NCBI GenBank assembly: GCA_021463465.1
Contig: JAJTYH010000003.1
Coordinates: 147,549-211,548 of the forward strand
Reading direction: 5' to 3'
Source: a bacterium
Lineage (GTDB): Bacteria > Patescibacteriota > Dojkabacteria > SC72
DNA: 64,000 nucleotides
Position 1 is the stretch's first letter, and every line of letters begins with the position of its first letter. Made by a program: the position numbers and the translations under genes. The notes below the pieces were generated by a model. That model saw only the letters and a program-made list of their open reading frames with translations. It was not told the DNA's origin and ran no database searches. Below, piece by piece: positions 28,431-38,676 of the stretch.

Positions 28431-29423
28431 TTATCTTAGATGGTTTGCAATATTGGTCTCGTGTTCTGCGAGAGTTTTAGCGAAATACACTTTACCATCA
28501 TTATCATGAATATAGTAGTAGTATGGATTTTTTTTCGGGTTTTTAGCTGCCGCAATAGCAGAAAGCCCTGGATTACAAATAGGGGTAGGAGGGAGGCCTA
28601 CTCGGAAATAGGTATTGTATGGTTGATCTTGTTTCTTGTCAGCTTCAGTAATTACGTGCTTCCAATCTTTGAAGTGATAAAGGATTGTGGCGTCGATTTG
28701 GAGTAACCAACCTTCATTAAGTCTTTTCTCAATTACATCAGCAATCATAGGGCGGTCAGAATTACTCAAGCCTTCTCGCTCAAGCATACTTGCAATGATA
28801 ATCTCCTTATAAGTAGCGCCGTTGGTTTTGGTTTTGAAGTTGTCCAGCATTGCTGTGATTACATACTCTGTAGTTGCTTGTGCGGGCATCAGATATTTAT
28901 CAGGAAAAAGGTAGCCTTCTAAGTCTTTTACTCCTTCAAACCCTTGAGCTTTAATAAACTGGGTATCTTTTGTGAAAGAGAGAAACTCTTTAGAAGAAAA
29001 GACTGCTCCCATAATTCCTTCGTATTCGTTTGCAATAATTTTGGCTATCTCGTCTTTACGAAGCCCTTCTGGGATAGTTACCCAAATATCTGTAATCTCT
29101 GGATTTTCAAGTAGCGTCATCATATCTTTTGGAGAGGTATTTGCAGGAACTTTGTAAGCGCCTACTTTGAAGTTAGGCTGTTTTTCTGTACGGATATAAA
29201 GCTTGAGTGCAAGTTCTTGTTGTTGATTGATGAAATTTTCAATTCGAAGTTTCGCAAGTACATTATCAGCAGTTTCTCCTTCAGTGATTTTGAAAGTCTT
29301 TACTGACGTATCATTGGAAGAAGTCGCCGTTAAAATAGCGTTGTATTTGCTGTATAGAAAGATTCCCATACACGCAAGCACAAGCAAAAATATGAAGAAT
29401 ATTCTCATGAAAAATTTAATCAC
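28431..29423 (-). CDS. mltG: Endolytic murein transglycosylase MltG (YceG-like)
   Basis: N-terminal TM. Conserved 'GLPPTPICNPG' and 'YNTYFRVGLPPTPI' (YceG signature). Confidence 0.8.
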   Translation of the reverse strand: MIKFFMRIFFIFLLVLACMGIFLYSKYNAILTATSSNDTSVKTFKITEGETADNVLAKLRIENFINQQQELALKLYIRTEKQPNFKVGAYKVPANTSPKDMMTLLENPEITDIWVTIPEGLRKDEIAKIIANEYEGIMGAVFSSKEFLSFTKDTQFIKAQGFEGVKDLEGYLFPDKYLMPAQATTEYVITAMLDNFKTKTNGATYKEIIIASMLEREGLSNSDRPMIADVIEKRLNEGWLLQIDATILYHFKDWKHVITEADKKQDQPYNTYFRVGLPPTPICNPGLSAIAAAKNPKKNPYYYYIHDNDGKVYFAKTLAEHETNIANHLR

Positions 29424-29850
29424 GAAGGCTATTTTTTGAATTTAAGTACTCTTGTAAAAAAACACTGGCTGCAAGGCTATCTATTTTACTCTTGTTAGCT
29501 TTAAAATGTTGGCCCTGTGATATTAACATATCTTTAGCGGTTGAAGTAGAAAAGCTTTCATCCCCGAAAGTTACTGGTAATGAGATTCTTTTCTTTACAG
29601 CATTTGAAAACTCTTCTATTCTTCTATTGTTTACATTTTGTCCTTCGTTGAAACTTTGTGGCTGACCAATGAGGATTGAAGCTACTTTGTATTCCTCACA
29701 TATACTTTTGATTTCACTAAGTAGTACAGATAGGTCTCGATTCTTGGTAATTGAAAGGGTAGGGAGAGGAGAAGCAATTAAGCCTTTACTATCTGAGATT
29801 GAAAGTCCAATATGTTTTCGACCGAAGTCTAATGCTAAAACTGGGAACAT
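29416..29850 (-). CDS. ruvX: Putative pre-16S rRNA nuclease / Holliday junction resolvase-like RuvX (YqgF)
   Basis: 'VLALDFGRKHIGLSISD', 144 aa, overlapping the mltG start. Confidence 0.8.
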   Translation of the reverse strand: MFPVLALDFGRKHIGLSISDSKGLIASPLPTLSITKNRDLSVLLSEIKSICEEYKVASILIGQPQSFNEGQNVNNRRIEEFSNAVKKRISLPVTFGDESFSTSTAKDMLISQGQHFKANKSKIDSLAASVFLQEYLNSKNSLRD

Positions 29851-29855
29851 ACCCT

Positions 29856-31664
29856 TTATTCAAACACAGCTTTAATTCTGCGAATTCCACTGGCTACAGC
29901 CTCCTCTTTTACGATTTTGAATTTGCCCAGTGTAGAAGTGTTTTCGACATGTGGCCCTCCGCAGATTTCAACCGAAAAAGGAGTGACTTTATTGCCAATC
30001 GTGTAAACTTTGACCACATCAGCATACTTTTCTACAAATGAAGCGTATTTGACGAGCTTTAGAGCCTCTGTTTTGCTCATCTGCTCCCATGTGACTGGTA
30101 ATGCTTCAGAGATTTTCTGATTCACTAGATCTTCGATCTGTTTAATCTGCTCTGGTGTCAATTTAGTATCGTTAGGGAAGTCCAATCTCAGCCGTTCTGG
30201 TGTTATATTACTTCCTTTTTGGAATATATGTGAGCCTAATACCTCATAAAGCGCCGCTAACAATAAGTGGTTTGCAGTGTGATACTTGGTAGACATCTCT
30301 GATGTGTCTGCAAGGCCACCTTTGAACATGCCTTTGGTCGCTTGTCGAGATTTGTCTTGGTGTTTCTCGTAGGCTTCCTGATGCTTCTGTTTAGCAGCTT
30401 GGTCGTCAAACTTAACCCCTCGATTATTCAGCTCCTCCAATGTCATTTCTAATGGAAATCCATAGGTTTCGTAAAGGGTAAAAGTTTCTCCGTTCTCATT
30501 GGTGAAGCTCTGATCTTTTAAGTCTCCGAAAATCTTTTCAAACTCTCGTAAACCTTTATCCAGCGTCTGGTTGAATTTAAGCTCTTCCTCTTCCAAGATT
30601 CTTAAGATCTCATCTTTTTTTTGATTAAGTAGGGGATGAACAGGAGCGAATTGCTTGATTGCTATTTCTCCTATCTGTCGGGTAAATACACCTTCAATGC
30701 CTAGTAATCGGGCATGTCTAACACTTCTTCTTATGAGTCTGCGAAGAATATAGCCTTGTGCGGTTCTACCAGGTACTACTCCATCGGTAATTATCCATGT
30801 AGCTGCCTTAATGTGGTCGGTGATGATTCTTTGAGATTTGACCAAATCGTTTTTGGAAAGAGATTTAACCTTCTCGTAAATTGGCGAGTAGATGTCGGTA
30901 TCAAAAATACTTTCCACCTCTTGTGAGATGAGTGCCCATCGGTCAAGACCTCCTCCGAAATCTACGTTATGCCTACCAAGAGGAGTATATTTACCGTCCT
31001 TTTTCAGGTATTCCATGAACACGTTGTTGCCTAGTTCTATATACTTACCGCAGTCGCAATTAACATTGCAATCTTTTCCGCAGGCTTCTTTTCCTGTGTC
31101 GTAGAAGATTTCCGAGCATGGACCGCAAGGACCTCCTGCTTCAAGTTCCCACCAACATTTCTTTTTTCCATATTCTTGAATTCGTTCGCCTTTACCTACC
31201 TTGGCATCAATCCCTCTCTCTTTGAAGAGCCTTTGCCATACTTTAATTGACTTACTGTCTTGCGGGGCATCGTCATTACCTTCGAAAACTGAGCCGTAGA
31301 TATTGTTGATGTCAAAGCCGAAAACATCTACGAGTAAACCAACGGTTATTCCAATAGCTTCGTCTTTGAAGTAATCATTAAGTGACCAGTTCCCAAGCAT
31401 TTCAAAAGTAGTGCAGTGACTCACATCTCCAACCTCTTCGAGGTCTTCGGTGCGAAGACATCTTTGGGAATCTGTTAGTCTGGTTCCACTAGGATGAACC
31501 TGACCAAGAAGGTATGGGACTAGTGGAAACATCCCTGAGTTCACGAAAAGTAGAGTTGGATCGTTCTCGGGTACAAGTGGAGCGCTGGGAATTTCGAAGT
31601 GTCCTTTTGAAACTAGATATTCAAGGTATTGTTTTCGTATTTGAGCGTATGAAAGCTTTTGCAT
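29856..31664 (-). CDS. alaS: Alanyl-tRNA synthetase, short form (catalytic, tRNA-binding and editing domains; no C-Ala domain)
   Basis: 'HNDPTLLFVNSGM'. Editing-site motifs 'HTANHLLLAAL' and 'CGGPHVENTSTLG'. The protein ends at 602 aa right after the editing domain. Confidence 0.85.
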   Translation of the reverse strand: MQKLSYAQIRKQYLEYLVSKGHFEIPSAPLVPENDPTLLFVNSGMFPLVPYLLGQVHPSGTRLTDSQRCLRTEDLEEVGDVSHCTTFEMLGNWSLNDYFKDEAIGITVGLLVDVFGFDINNIYGSVFEGNDDAPQDSKSIKVWQRLFKERGIDAKVGKGERIQEYGKKKCWWELEAGGPCGPCSEIFYDTGKEACGKDCNVNCDCGKYIELGNNVFMEYLKKDGKYTPLGRHNVDFGGGLDRWALISQEVESIFDTDIYSPIYEKVKSLSKNDLVKSQRIITDHIKAATWIITDGVVPGRTAQGYILRRLIRRSVRHARLLGIEGVFTRQIGEIAIKQFAPVHPLLNQKKDEILRILEEEELKFNQTLDKGLREFEKIFGDLKDQSFTNENGETFTLYETYGFPLEMTLEELNNRGVKFDDQAAKQKHQEAYEKHQDKSRQATKGMFKGGLADTSEMSTKYHTANHLLLAALYEVLGSHIFQKGSNITPERLRLDFPNDTKLTPEQIKQIEDLVNQKISEALPVTWEQMSKTEALKLVKYASFVEKYADVVKVYTIGNKVTPFSVEICGGPHVENTSTLGKFKIVKEEAVASGIRRIKAVFE

Positions 31665-31684
31665 ACCGCTGATTATATCAGATA

Positions 31685-33796
31685 TTAGGAAGGTTTTTGC
31701 GGTGTTTCTGGTGCAGGCACAACGTCAGGTGTATTTGTTGGTTCCGGCTCTTGTAGCGTCTCAGGTGTACTAGAGGTTGGTTCAGGTGAAGAGGAGGGGG
31801 CAGTTTCGTTAGGAGTTGGCAGGAACTCGCTAAACTTCTCCTCTTGAGCCTGGAGTTTTTCAGCTAAGGCTTCAAGTTCTTTATTAGTTGTATCTTCAAT
31901 ATCTACCTGTGCTTCTCCTGCAGTTATAGGGACTTCAGGTAGTGGATCTGCTACAGGAGGTCGTGGTTCTACGGATATTGGTTCTATTACAACTTTCTCC
32001 ACTTCTACCGGCTGCTCAACGGGGGTAATGGGTACTGGTGCCACTATGTTAAATTGAGGACCGATTGGTTTAACCGGTTCTTGCACTTCTGGCATTGACT
32101 CAGGCTTTGGAAGCTCTTCTGCCTGTGATGTTTGAGGTAGGTTGCTTTCTTGCCTGGGAGGGATTGTGGATTGATAAACAGTCTGATATGTAGCATCATC
32201 ATCCTCATCTTTTGACCCCCTCCATGCGAGATAGAGTAGCCAAGGTACTATCAAAGCAAGGAGCAGTATTGCTAAGCCGGCAGCTACTATTATTGCTAAT
32301 CGCTTAGGGATTTCGAACCCGATGATATTGTAGGTATCGTTACTGCCTGAATCTACAGGAAGGATAGTGAATATCCAAGACTTTTCAGTCTTATTACCCT
32401 TATCATCTTCAAAAGATACGCTCACTTTGTGTATCCCGTCACTAAATTCTTGTTCCGAAGTGTAAAGAACTGTATAAGTGTTGTCAGATCCCTCATTAAT
32501 TCTAGTTTTGCCACTTACATCATTGTCATCAAGTATAATTTTGATACTCTCTTTTTTGATTAAAGCTTGGTTTCCTGGTACTAAGGTTGCGCTGATAATG
32601 GCGTTTCGGTTCTTAATACTACTCTCATTACTTGGAGAAAGATTTATAATTTGAGCTTCTTTTATAACTACTCCGTCATCTGGTCCTGGAGTAGGTGTCT
32701 CACCGCCTTTTCCTGTGATTGTAACCTTGGAGGAGAAGCCCGAGCCAGTAGCTGGAGGATCAAAATTGTCTATAGCTCGAATTACAAATTGGTAGGTACC
32801 CTCCGCAAGATTATTGGTATCATAGACATAAGTACCTATCTTAGGGCTTAAATTCTTAGAAACAGCTACCCAGGTATTGGCATTTCCTGGGTTTGTGGCT
32901 ACATAAAGCTCGTATCTAACTATCTGGTTTAGGTCCGCACCTTCCCAGCTCACTGTGACACTTTCTCCCTTTTTGACGGTTAAATCGGTTGAAGGTTTGA
33001 TTACTGAGACTTTTGGAATGTCATTCTGACCTTGGTCTACATTTATAACCCAGGTTTGAGCTCTTAAGTGGGCATTGTAGCCGTCATGAATGAATATATT
33101 TGCCAGATAACTGCCTGGTTTATCAGGGATTCCCGTGAATTTGATGCTAAGTTTTCCTGATGTACCATTTTCGACTACAGTTGCTTTTAGCCAGTTAGCA
33201 TCAGGTGTAAAAGAAAAAGCAAAATTGATAGTATCTTTTTCCTCGTCAGTTGCTTCAAAAAGGTATTGGTAACTCTCTTTTACTTTAATAATATTTGAAG
33301 GTTGTGCTGAAGTTGGAATAGTTTTGAATTCAGGCGCATTGTTATTACTCACAACCATTACAGTTCTGTTATTCTCGACTACACAAGGTCGTGTACCCTT
33401 ATCAGTTGTAAGTGTACCTAAAACTCCGAAATCGCCAACTTCTTTAGGATTAAGTGTAAACATTTCGTAAATCTGATCCTTGCCAGTGTCATACTCTTTC
33501 TTTAAGACTTCTGTGCCGGTTCGATCCATGATTGAGACTTTGGTTATTGCTTCACCTGGTGTTTGAGCTGATACAGTGGCTTGGATGGTCTTATTGACCT
33601 CTATGCTTTGAGGGGTAACGTAAGGAAAGCTAATCTGACAACTTTCCACATCAAGAGTCACATTTGCTGCTTTGTCGCGTGTGTCAAAACTTCCTAGATT
33701 GATAATGGAATATATTGCTAAAGGAATACTTATAGCCAAAAAAAGAAGCGCTAGAAGGGAAAATTTTTTGGTTGCATGTTTTCTCATTCTTACCAA
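31685..33796 (-). CDS. Large surface protein (703 aa) with beta-rich Ig/FN3-like domains, one C-terminal TM and a Pro/Glu-rich cytoplasmic tail
   Basis: Signal anchor at the N-terminus. TM 'LAIIVAAGLAILLLALIVPWLLYLAW'. The tail is rich in P/E/V ('EPVKPIGPQ...PEPTSSTPETLQEPEPTNTPDVVPAPETPQKPS'). Confidence 0.5.
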   Translation of the reverse strand: MVRMRKHATKKFSLLALLFLAISIPLAIYSIINLGSFDTRDKAANVTLDVESCQISFPYVTPQSIEVNKTIQATVSAQTPGEAITKVSIMDRTGTEVLKKEYDTGKDQIYEMFTLNPKEVGDFGVLGTLTTDKGTRPCVVENNRTVMVVSNNNAPEFKTIPTSAQPSNIIKVKESYQYLFEATDEEKDTINFAFSFTPDANWLKATVVENGTSGKLSIKFTGIPDKPGSYLANIFIHDGYNAHLRAQTWVINVDQGQNDIPKVSVIKPSTDLTVKKGESVTVSWEGADLNQIVRYELYVATNPGNANTWVAVSKNLSPKIGTYVYDTNNLAEGTYQFVIRAIDNFDPPATGSGFSSKVTITGKGGETPTPGPDDGVVIKEAQIINLSPSNESSIKNRNAIISATLVPGNQALIKKESIKIILDDNDVSGKTRINEGSDNTYTVLYTSEQEFSDGIHKVSVSFEDDKGNKTEKSWIFTILPVDSGSNDTYNIIGFEIPKRLAIIVAAGLAILLLALIVPWLLYLAWRGSKDEDDDATYQTVYQSTIPPRQESNLPQTSQAEELPKPESMPEVQEPVKPIGPQFNIVAPVPITPVEQPVEVEKVVIEPISVEPRPPVADPLPEVPITAGEAQVDIEDTTNKELEALAEKLQAQEEKFSEFLPTPNETAPSSSPEPTSSTPETLQEPEPTNTPDVVPAPETPQKPS

Positions 33797-33865
33797 TATA
33801 CAACAGGAAAATGAGCAGGTGCAAATAAATTTGGGGCTATCGAGGCCTGTAGTGTAAAGGTTGCT

Positions 33866-35185
33866 CTACTTTACGACTTCACTGAGTCGTTGATTAATTC
33901 TATCTTGAGCATCTTTTAATGCGTCAGGAATTCTTACCCCTCGCCCTACCACATCATTTATTGCAGTTCTTAAAGACTCTTCAATGAATACTTGGTCGCC
34001 CATCTTCCAAGCTGTGAATGTAGGGGCCATTTGCATGAAGGCACCTGCATACGGGTCACTTTCTAATTCGAAACTCATGCTCTTTCGAGAATATGGCTCA
34101 CCGAAGGCACGTATTTTGGCTGAATTGGAATAAAACTCTTTCATTTGGGATTGCTCAGATAGCCACTTAACTAGTTTCCATGCCTCCAATTGGTTAGGGC
34201 TGCTTCTTGTAACTGCTTCACCCCAATACATTGCGTAGTTTACAGGGTCATTACTTGGTAGTTGTGGCACAGGTGAAATTCCGAATTCTATTGTCGCGTT
34301 GGCATTTATTATATCAAAAGCTCTCCAGCTTGGACCAAACATCATTGCTAGCTTACCTGAATAGAACATCTCTAAATCCGAAGCGAGTTCATCTCCCCAC
34401 ACTTTGTGAACTTTGGTAAAACTGGTGTAAAAGTCTAGTGCTGATTCCGACCTTGTAGAGGTAATGTTTACTTCGTCATTAGTGCTGTTAATGATTGGGA
34501 CGTTGTTTTGAAGTAGGAGCAAGGAGAAAATGTCGGCTGAGTGTTTGATATTTTTGGCACTACCCAGGGCAACTCCACCCTGTGTTATTTTGCCAGCATT
34601 ATTCTTTTTGGTGAGTTTTTTTGCAGCTTCAATAAAGGTATCCCAATCAGTTGGTGGTACGTCCATACTTGCAGCTTTTAGAAGTTTCTTATTGTAAAAG
34701 ACCGCTAAACCATCTATTTCAAGAGGGATAGCGTAAATTTCGCCGTCAGTGCCAGTAAAGTCTCTTACTGCCGTTGGATAAAAATCCTGAGAGTAGTCGG
34801 ATGCGGTCATTATTGAAGCAGGAAGAGGTGAAAGAGAGGGTTGAAATTTTGATAACCAGGCATTATTTATACGAATTACATCAGGTGCAGGTGTGTCATC
34901 AACTATGTTCTGTTGTATACGTGTAAATACGGTTGATTCATATTGTGTAAATGGCTTTTGTACATACTGGATATCAATATTAGGGTGGTCTACCTCATAT
35001 CTTTCAAAAAGCGATTGCATTGCAGATTCAGGTTCCCATAATCCCCAGTATGTCAGCACAATTTTATCAGTATTTGTGGCAGATTTAGGAGCTTTATTCC
35101 GGTTAAGGATAAAAAGCACAACTCCCACGACTAAAATTAAAAACAGCGCAGCTCCTATTAGTATTAACCTAGTTCTGTCATTCAT
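33866..35185 (-). CDS. ABC transporter substrate-binding protein (family 1, sugar-type), membrane-anchored, orphan
   Basis: N-terminal TM anchor, then 'KIVLTYWGLWEPESAMQSLFERYEVDHPNIDIQYVQ' (SBP_bac_1-like). No permease or ATPase genes are adjacent. Confidence 0.65.
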   Translation of the reverse strand: MNDRTRLILIGAALFLILVVGVVLFILNRNKAPKSATNTDKIVLTYWGLWEPESAMQSLFERYEVDHPNIDIQYVQKPFTQYESTVFTRIQQNIVDDTPAPDVIRINNAWLSKFQPSLSPLPASIMTASDYSQDFYPTAVRDFTGTDGEIYAIPLEIDGLAVFYNKKLLKAASMDVPPTDWDTFIEAAKKLTKKNNAGKITQGGVALGSAKNIKHSADIFSLLLLQNNVPIINSTNDEVNITSTRSESALDFYTSFTKVHKVWGDELASDLEMFYSGKLAMMFGPSWRAFDIINANATIEFGISPVPQLPSNDPVNYAMYWGEAVTRSSPNQLEAWKLVKWLSEQSQMKEFYSNSAKIRAFGEPYSRKSMSFELESDPYAGAFMQMAPTFTAWKMGDQVFIEESLRTAINDVVGRGVRIPDALKDAQDRINQRLSEVVK

Positions 35186-35984
35186 ATCTTTCTCCTAATA
35201 CAATTAAGCGTTTGGATGGCACACCGATCGGCCAACAGGTCATTAGTGTAATAGTCTCTTTATCACCCTGTGTTTTTAGCACTGAGAAGTCTGATGATTC
35301 AACTATTTTTTTCTTTCGAACGATGTATTTTAATTCTTTTCCGTCTTTAAATACAGATATCTCGGCACCGATATCAACTTTTTCAAGTCGGGAGAAAATT
35401 GTTTCGGGTAGATCTTTGTGTCGATTAAAGAAACTAGGTACTGCGCTGTGGCCGTAAATAAAAGAATTTCCGCCATCTCCAGGCAAGGGAGTACCTTCGA
35501 AATGGGCGAGGCCAGATTTGAGGGCAAGGTTGTAAACTTTCTCATCAAAACTCTCTACGTTTGCTGAAATGTTTACTTTGTTTATTCCTATGATAGGTAC
35601 ACTTAACATCATATCCTTCTTGTAGTTTTTATCAATTACAATTTGTTTGCTCTGTTTGGTTACTGGGTCGTAATACACTTGTTGGCCTTGGGAGAGCTCT
35701 CCTACTTGTTTGGAAAGGTTTTGGAAGTAACTAAGACCAGGGTTGTAGTATGCGAAAGAGCCAAAGAGTAGCTCTTTGTAGCTATCTGGCACGGGTCTCG
35801 CTAGGTTTGTAGCTCTCATTTCATCGACTTTGCCTTGAATAAAGGATGAAGCAAGTGGTAGTAGTTGAGAAAAAAGGAGTAGAAAGCCAAAAAAAGAAAC
35901 ACTTATTGCAATTACTGCCCGAAGTATTTTGACATTTTTGGGAACTATCTGCTGTTGTTTATCTGTATTCCAAGTGTCATCCAT
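35178..35984 (-). CDS. Sortase (transpeptidase)
   Basis: N-terminal TM. Catalytic His in 'IYGHSAVPS'. The TLXTC motif appears as 'TLMTCWP'. Conserved Arg in 'KRLIVLG'. Confidence 0.75.
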   Translation of the reverse strand: MDDTWNTDKQQQIVPKNVKILRAVIAISVSFFGFLLLFSQLLPLASSFIQGKVDEMRATNLARPVPDSYKELLFGSFAYYNPGLSYFQNLSKQVGELSQGQQVYYDPVTKQSKQIVIDKNYKKDMMLSVPIIGINKVNISANVESFDEKVYNLALKSGLAHFEGTPLPGDGGNSFIYGHSAVPSFFNRHKDLPETIFSRLEKVDIGAEISVFKDGKELKYIVRKKKIVESSDFSVLKTQGDKETITLMTCWPIGVPSKRLIVLGERYE

Positions 35985-36073
35985 TATTTCTTTATATCAA
36001 ATGAAGGGAAAATGTACTAGAAAATAGAGTAAGTTTGGGATATAATGGCCTATAATAGTTAATTGCTTTAAAT

Positions 36074-36751
36074 ATGACCACAAGAACTTATTTTAAAGGA
36101 CAAGAAAATCTTCCGTATTTATTTCAAGGTGAACCATTCAAATTCACAGATCAAATATCGGCAGAGTTTAACGAGTTCATGAATGAAGGATTTAGTAAGG
36201 TATACGATAACTTGGTAAAGGTTGGAGGAAAAGGTACAGAGGATGACAGTTACATTCGTGTTATTACGTTCAAACAGAAACTACTTGAAGGAAAAACCGA
36301 TTTAAGCCCTACTGGATCATTGATGCAGGAAGCATTTCTTTTTCAGGAGTATTTAAAAAATTTAGATGAAAATAAAAGGATTAGTGGTAGTTCTGAAGTT
36401 ATATTAAGGCATGTGAACGACCCGTTTTATGCAAGAAGAGAGCTTTTAAATAGCGCTCTAACTGCAGAGCTTTTATCAATACAGGGAGGGGCAAGAAAAG
36501 GAGCAAGCAAGCATTTCGGTCGCCTAAAAGTAGGTCTAAGCTTGGTTTTATACGAGTGTATTAGTGTAGTTAATTCCAATACAAATATAACTAAAGATGA
36601 CTTAGCTCGGATTGCAGTTGTAATGTCCGTAGTAAACTTCCTTCAACTTAGAGAAGAAGGCTTCGATAAGTCCAATGTCGCTTCAACTTTACAGTATAGA
36701 AATCTTGGTATTTGGATTAACATTGCTAAAGAGTGTTTAAAGAAAGAGTAA
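36074..36751 (+). CDS. Hypothetical protein
   Basis: 225-aa ORF with tandem TATAAT boxes upstream. No recognisable motif. Confidence 0.4.
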   Translation: MTTRTYFKGQENLPYLFQGEPFKFTDQISAEFNEFMNEGFSKVYDNLVKVGGKGTEDDSYIRVITFKQKLLEGKTDLSPTGSLMQEAFLFQEYLKNLDENKRISGSSEVILRHVNDPFYARRELLNSALTAELLSIQGGARKGASKHFGRLKVGLSLVLYECISVVNSNTNITKDDLARIAVVMSVVNFLQLREEGFDKSNVASTLQYRNLGIWINIAKECLKKE

Positions 36752-36768
36752 TATAGCCTTATCAATAT

Positions 36769-37557
36769 ATGCCACCGATTACGAATAAGAGTGAAATACA
36801 AGGTATTTATAGAGGTGTAATAGATGTCAAAGGAAATACTCCTGCAATAGCAAGATTTGCTGATATTGATATGGGTACAATCAATCAACTTGAAGCAGAC
36901 TACGAACCATTTTTAGGTGACGATTTGGACGAGTTCTCCAGTGCTGCGCGTAGGCTAGAGGAATTATCCAATAACCAGCTGCATCAAATATATGGTACAG
37001 AGTTGTTGAATTATACTGCTTTTCTTGATTTCTTGGAGCTCGTTAAAGGATATAGTCGTAACAATGAGGAGGAGAATAGACTTTGCTCAGTAGCCTATCA
37101 GCGGGGGTTGGAGCTTATAAATAATCTATTCGGATTTGTCGCTATTAACGCCATAAACACAGTCGGATATTATCGCAATGTTGCATACTCTGATAGTATA
37201 GAGCTTGCCCATAGGTATCAGGATTGCCTTAAAGAGGAAATTATACTTTACGACCAAATATTAAAAGTTTTGCTTGCAAGAGTAGAAAAAGAAGAAAAAC
37301 TTACAGTCACTGAGCTAACTTTAATTCTCAGGGCGCTTGGTAACTTTTATCACTACAAAGGTAAGGTTTTTGATATCTTGTTCACAAAAGCTACAAGTAT
37401 GAATGCCTCAACGATTGATGAGAGGATTGCAGATGTGATTGGAAGTGAACATTGGTCTAGTCTGTACACAATTTCGGCAAAACTTCGGACTGCTGCAGAT
37501 AAGTTGGAGGGGAGATATGGTCTCCCTGAATCAGTAACAATCTCAGTTGAACGCTAA
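36769..37557 (+). CDS. Hypothetical protein
   Basis: 262-aa ORF, probably helical. No recognisable motif. Confidence 0.4.
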   Translation: MPPITNKSEIQGIYRGVIDVKGNTPAIARFADIDMGTINQLEADYEPFLGDDLDEFSSAARRLEELSNNQLHQIYGTELLNYTAFLDFLELVKGYSRNNEEENRLCSVAYQRGLELINNLFGFVAINAINTVGYYRNVAYSDSIELAHRYQDCLKEEIILYDQILKVLLARVEKEEKLTVTELTLILRALGNFYHYKGKVFDILFTKATSMNASTIDERIADVIGSEHWSSLYTISAKLRTAADKLEGRYGLPESVTISVER

Positions 37558-37596
37558 CTAGCACTTCAACGCATTCTTTGCTAAAATCATGTCGGT

Positions 37597-38676
37597 ATGG
37601 AAAAACGCGATTATTATGAAGTTTTAGGTGTATCGAAAACTGCTTCTGAAAAAGAGGTTAAAAAAGCGTATCGTAAGCTGGCTAAACAGTACCACCCAGA
37701 TGTAAATAAGGAGCCAGATGCTGAGAGTAAGTTCAAAGAGGTGCAAGAGGCCTATGAAGTACTTTCAGACCAATCTAAACGCTCTGCTTACGATCAGTAT
37801 GGTCATGCAGGGACCGAGGGTTTTGCGGGTGGAAGTGGCGGTTTTGGTGGGTTTGATCCTAATAATTCTCCTTTTGATATGGGTGATATATTCTCTACAT
37901 TTTTTGGAGGTGGTTTTTCCGATTTTGGATTTGAAGGTGGAAATAAAAGGGCAAATAGTTCGAGGGGAAGGGATTTGAGGTATCGAATAAAGATGACTTT
38001 CTTGGATGCGATGAAGGGCGAAGAGGTTGAAATAAAGGTGGATAAAGAGGTGGTATGTAAGCATTGCGAAGGGACAGGTAGTGATAATATGAAGGTCAAA
38101 ACCTGTGAGACATGTAAGGGTAGTGGTAGGGTTCAGAGGGTTCAACAGAGCATTTTAGGTCGTATGGCTTTTGTTACTGAGTGTGAGACTTGTGGCGGGA
38201 GAGGAAAAGTCCCTGATAAAGAGTGTAGAGTTTGCGGTGGTGAAGGAATTAAAGTTGAAAGTGAGAAGGTTAAGATTAAGATTCCCGCAGGTGCATACGA
38301 CGGTATGATTTTGAGATTTAGAGGTAGCGGAAGTTTAAATAAGTCTGGGGTTCCTGGTGATTTGTTTATTGAAGTTGAGGTTGAACCTCATGAAAATTTT
38401 GAAAGAAGGGAAAATGATATATATTCTACTCAAGATATTCCTGTACATACCGCTGTCTTGGGAGGTGACGTAAGTGTCGATACTATAGATGGAAAAGTTA
38501 AGCTAAAAATCCCATCTGGAACGCAGTCAAGTACCATATTTAGGATAAAGGAGAAAGGTTCGCCTATACTTGGGAGGGCCAGCGAGAGAGGGAATCATTT
38601 TGTAAAGATTGTAGTAAATATTCCTAAGAAGCTCACTAGAGAAGAGAGAAAATTATGGGAAGGTTTGGCTAAGTAG
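37597..38676 (+). CDS. dnaJ: Chaperone DnaJ
   Basis: J-domain '[33 protein letters not shown]', a Gly/Phe-rich region, and four CxxCxGxG zinc-finger repeats. Confidence 0.9.
   Translation: MEKRDYYEVLGVSKTASEKEVKKAYRKLAKQYHPDVNKEPDAESKFKEVQEAYEVLSDQSKRSAYDQYGHAGTEGFAGGSGGFGGFDPNNSPFDMGDIFSTFFGGGFSDFGFEGGNKRANSSRGRDLRYRIKMTFLDAMKGEEVEIKVDKEVVCKHCEGTGSDNMKVKTCETCKGSGRVQRVQQSILGRMAFVTECETCGGRGKVPDKECRVCGGEGIKVESEKVKIKIPAGAYDGMILRFRGSGSLNKSGVPGDLFIEVEVEPHENFERRENDIYSTQDIPVHTAVLGGDVSVDTIDGKVKLKIPSGTQSSTIFRIKEKGSPILGRASERGNHFVKIVVNIPKKLTREERKLWEGLAK

Noticed and set aside
31685-33796. The 703-aa surface protein as a sortase substrate
   Set aside because: Its C-terminus has a TM and a cytoplasmic tail, but no LPXTG or PETA-like pentapeptide precedes the TM ('FEIPKRLAII').
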